Positions 62,515 through 64,000 of a DNA stretch of 64,000 nt are shown here, one piece after another. This DNA is from Phoronis australis (taxonomy: Eukaryota > Animalia > Phoronida). The first letter of the stretch is position 1. Every line of letters begins with the position of its first letter. The notes below the pieces were generated by a model. The model was not told the DNA's origin, made no database searches, and saw only the letters and a program-made list of their open reading frames with translations. The stretch spans positions 62,001 to 126,000 of the forward strand of contig NMRA01000190.1 of NCBI GenBank assembly GCA_002633005.1, written 5' to 3'. Position numbers and translations under genes: made by a program.

Positions 62515-63281
62515 CTGGCTGCAAATCTCGGCAACATTCTAGCGTCCAGTAACATGCCCTCAGTAACATTCTCAAATTGTGTTCTGAATCCACACCACAC
62601 ACCCCCATCGGAGAGCTGCAAACCCTAGTTGGCTGTGCTTCATTGATAGATCAGCCAACTATGCCATTTGTAGCAATTTCCGAGATCACTGCGCCTGGGA
62701 AAGTAAACAGCGACCCTTATAAAACGCAAGCATGCTAACCATTTAGTTAATGGGCAATCGGGTAATACTACACACCTGAAGCTTTATAGTAAGTTATGCC
62801 CGGCTAAACCAATAGGTAACATTTTGAAAAATTGGAGACATTCACAGAAATGTTAGAAGCCCTTGAAAATGAAAAAAAAGTTCACTTTGGCTATTATNCT
62901 GGCTGCAAATCTCGGCAACATTCTAGCGTCCAGTAACATGCCCTCAGTAACATTCTCAAATTGTGTTCTGAATCCACACCACACACCCCCATCGGAGAGC
63001 TGCAAACCCTAGTTGGCTGTGCTTCATTGGTAGATCAGCCAACTATGCCATTTGTAGCAATTTCCGAGATCACTGCGCCTGGGAAAGTAAACAGCGACCC
63101 TTATAAAACGCAAGCATGCTAACCATTTAGTTAATGGGCAATCGGGTAATACTACACACCTGAAGCTTTATAGTAAGTTATGCCCGGCTAAACCAATAGG
63201 TAACATTTTGAAAAATTGGAGACATTCACAGAAATGTTAGAAGCCCTTGAAAATGAAAAAAAAGTTCACTTTGGCTATTAT
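62515..63281. repeat. 383-bp direct duplication split by a single N (probable assembly overlap)
   Basis: 62515-62897 matches 62899-63281 with one visible A/G difference; N at 62898. Confidence 0.9.
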
Positions 63282-63482
63282 TTTTGTCCGAAGTTGCTGA
63301 GATTTTATAAGAAATAGTTTTATTGTCGTTAATTCAAATTACAACTTTGTCTGCATCCAGTTTCGTTAAGTCAGGTGAATGTCATTGGCGCATTTTCCAT
63401 AGCAAACTTAGCTCAAAGTACTATACTTTCATTGCTTTGCTGTGTATACCTACATAGTAAAATAGGTCTCACACTCATTCTA

Positions 63483-63650
63483 CAGGGCTCGACATAACGA
63501 GCTGCAGGTCGCATTTGCGACCTGCAATTTGGAAATGCGAGCTGAAATTTTGGCCAGTTCGCATTAAGTCGCAAAATGCGACCTGGAATTTCCAACGTAT
63601 GCGCGCTGAGTTTTTAAACTTCGCGGCAGATACCTGGGAAATTCCGACCG
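63483..63650 (+). mobile_element. Left end of an hAT-like element with GCGACC subterminal repeats
   Basis: Starts CAGGGCTCG; palindrome TGCAGGTCGCA-TT-TGCGACCTGCA at 63503-63526; no matching right end seen in the window. Confidence 0.45.
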
Positions 63651-64000
63651 TTATTTGGTTGTTGCCCTATCAAGTTCAAAAGAACACTCATTGAGAACAG
63701 CCGTCCCGATGACTTGTAAACATGTCACGTGAACAAGGGAATACAGAATTGGTCTTTGACACATTTTATTAACCAATAGTTTCGGATTTTTGCAAATTTC
63801 CGTATGTGCCGAAGAAAGTTTCGGATCTCGAAATAAGACGCGATAAAACGTCAGAAAGTAGCGGTGTTTCTACTAATTCTTAAACGACGAACTTATCAAG
63901 CTTAGTGGTGGAAAAACATTTATTTTTCATGTAAGATGGCCTTGATATCAAATTGCGGCAACACCCACGGCAATATGCCTGATCGCACTGCGGCACTGGT

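Overview
Eukaryotic, AT-rich, intron-rich animal genomic DNA. A marine invertebrate origin is an inference from the intron density and repeat types. Three protein-coding genes are supported by hand-assembled GT-AG exons. (1) Plus strand: the 3' half of an NHERF/EBP50 (SLC9A3R1/2, fly Sip1)-like scaffold gene, with exons from about 16891 to a stop at 30051. It has small symmetric Pro/Glu-rich cassette exons and an ERM-binding-type C-terminal tail; its PDZ exons were not found in the window. (2) Minus strand: a complete 21-coding-exon TGFBRAP1/VPS3 (CORVET subunit) gene, 57451 to 35545, 2595 nt / 864 aa, with every intron phase consistent. (3) Plus strand: the first coding exon of a canonical Ras gene (MTEYKLVVVG, 61044-61074), head-to-head with TGFBRAP1. 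Introns are filled with non-autonomous TIR elements (Harbinger/Tourist-like and hAT-like MITEs), a Helitron/HINE-like element with an internal tandem array, short tandem duplications and microsatellites. There are three assembly gaps. The most unusual structure is a 60-bp tandem array in TGFBRAP1 that repeats the end of exon 4 together with its splice donor. This gives four in-frame, stop-free competing 5' splice sites followed by progressively decayed copies. No prokaryotic-type systems (CRISPR, operons, rRNA) are present. Homology calls are from recalled protein sequences, not database searches.
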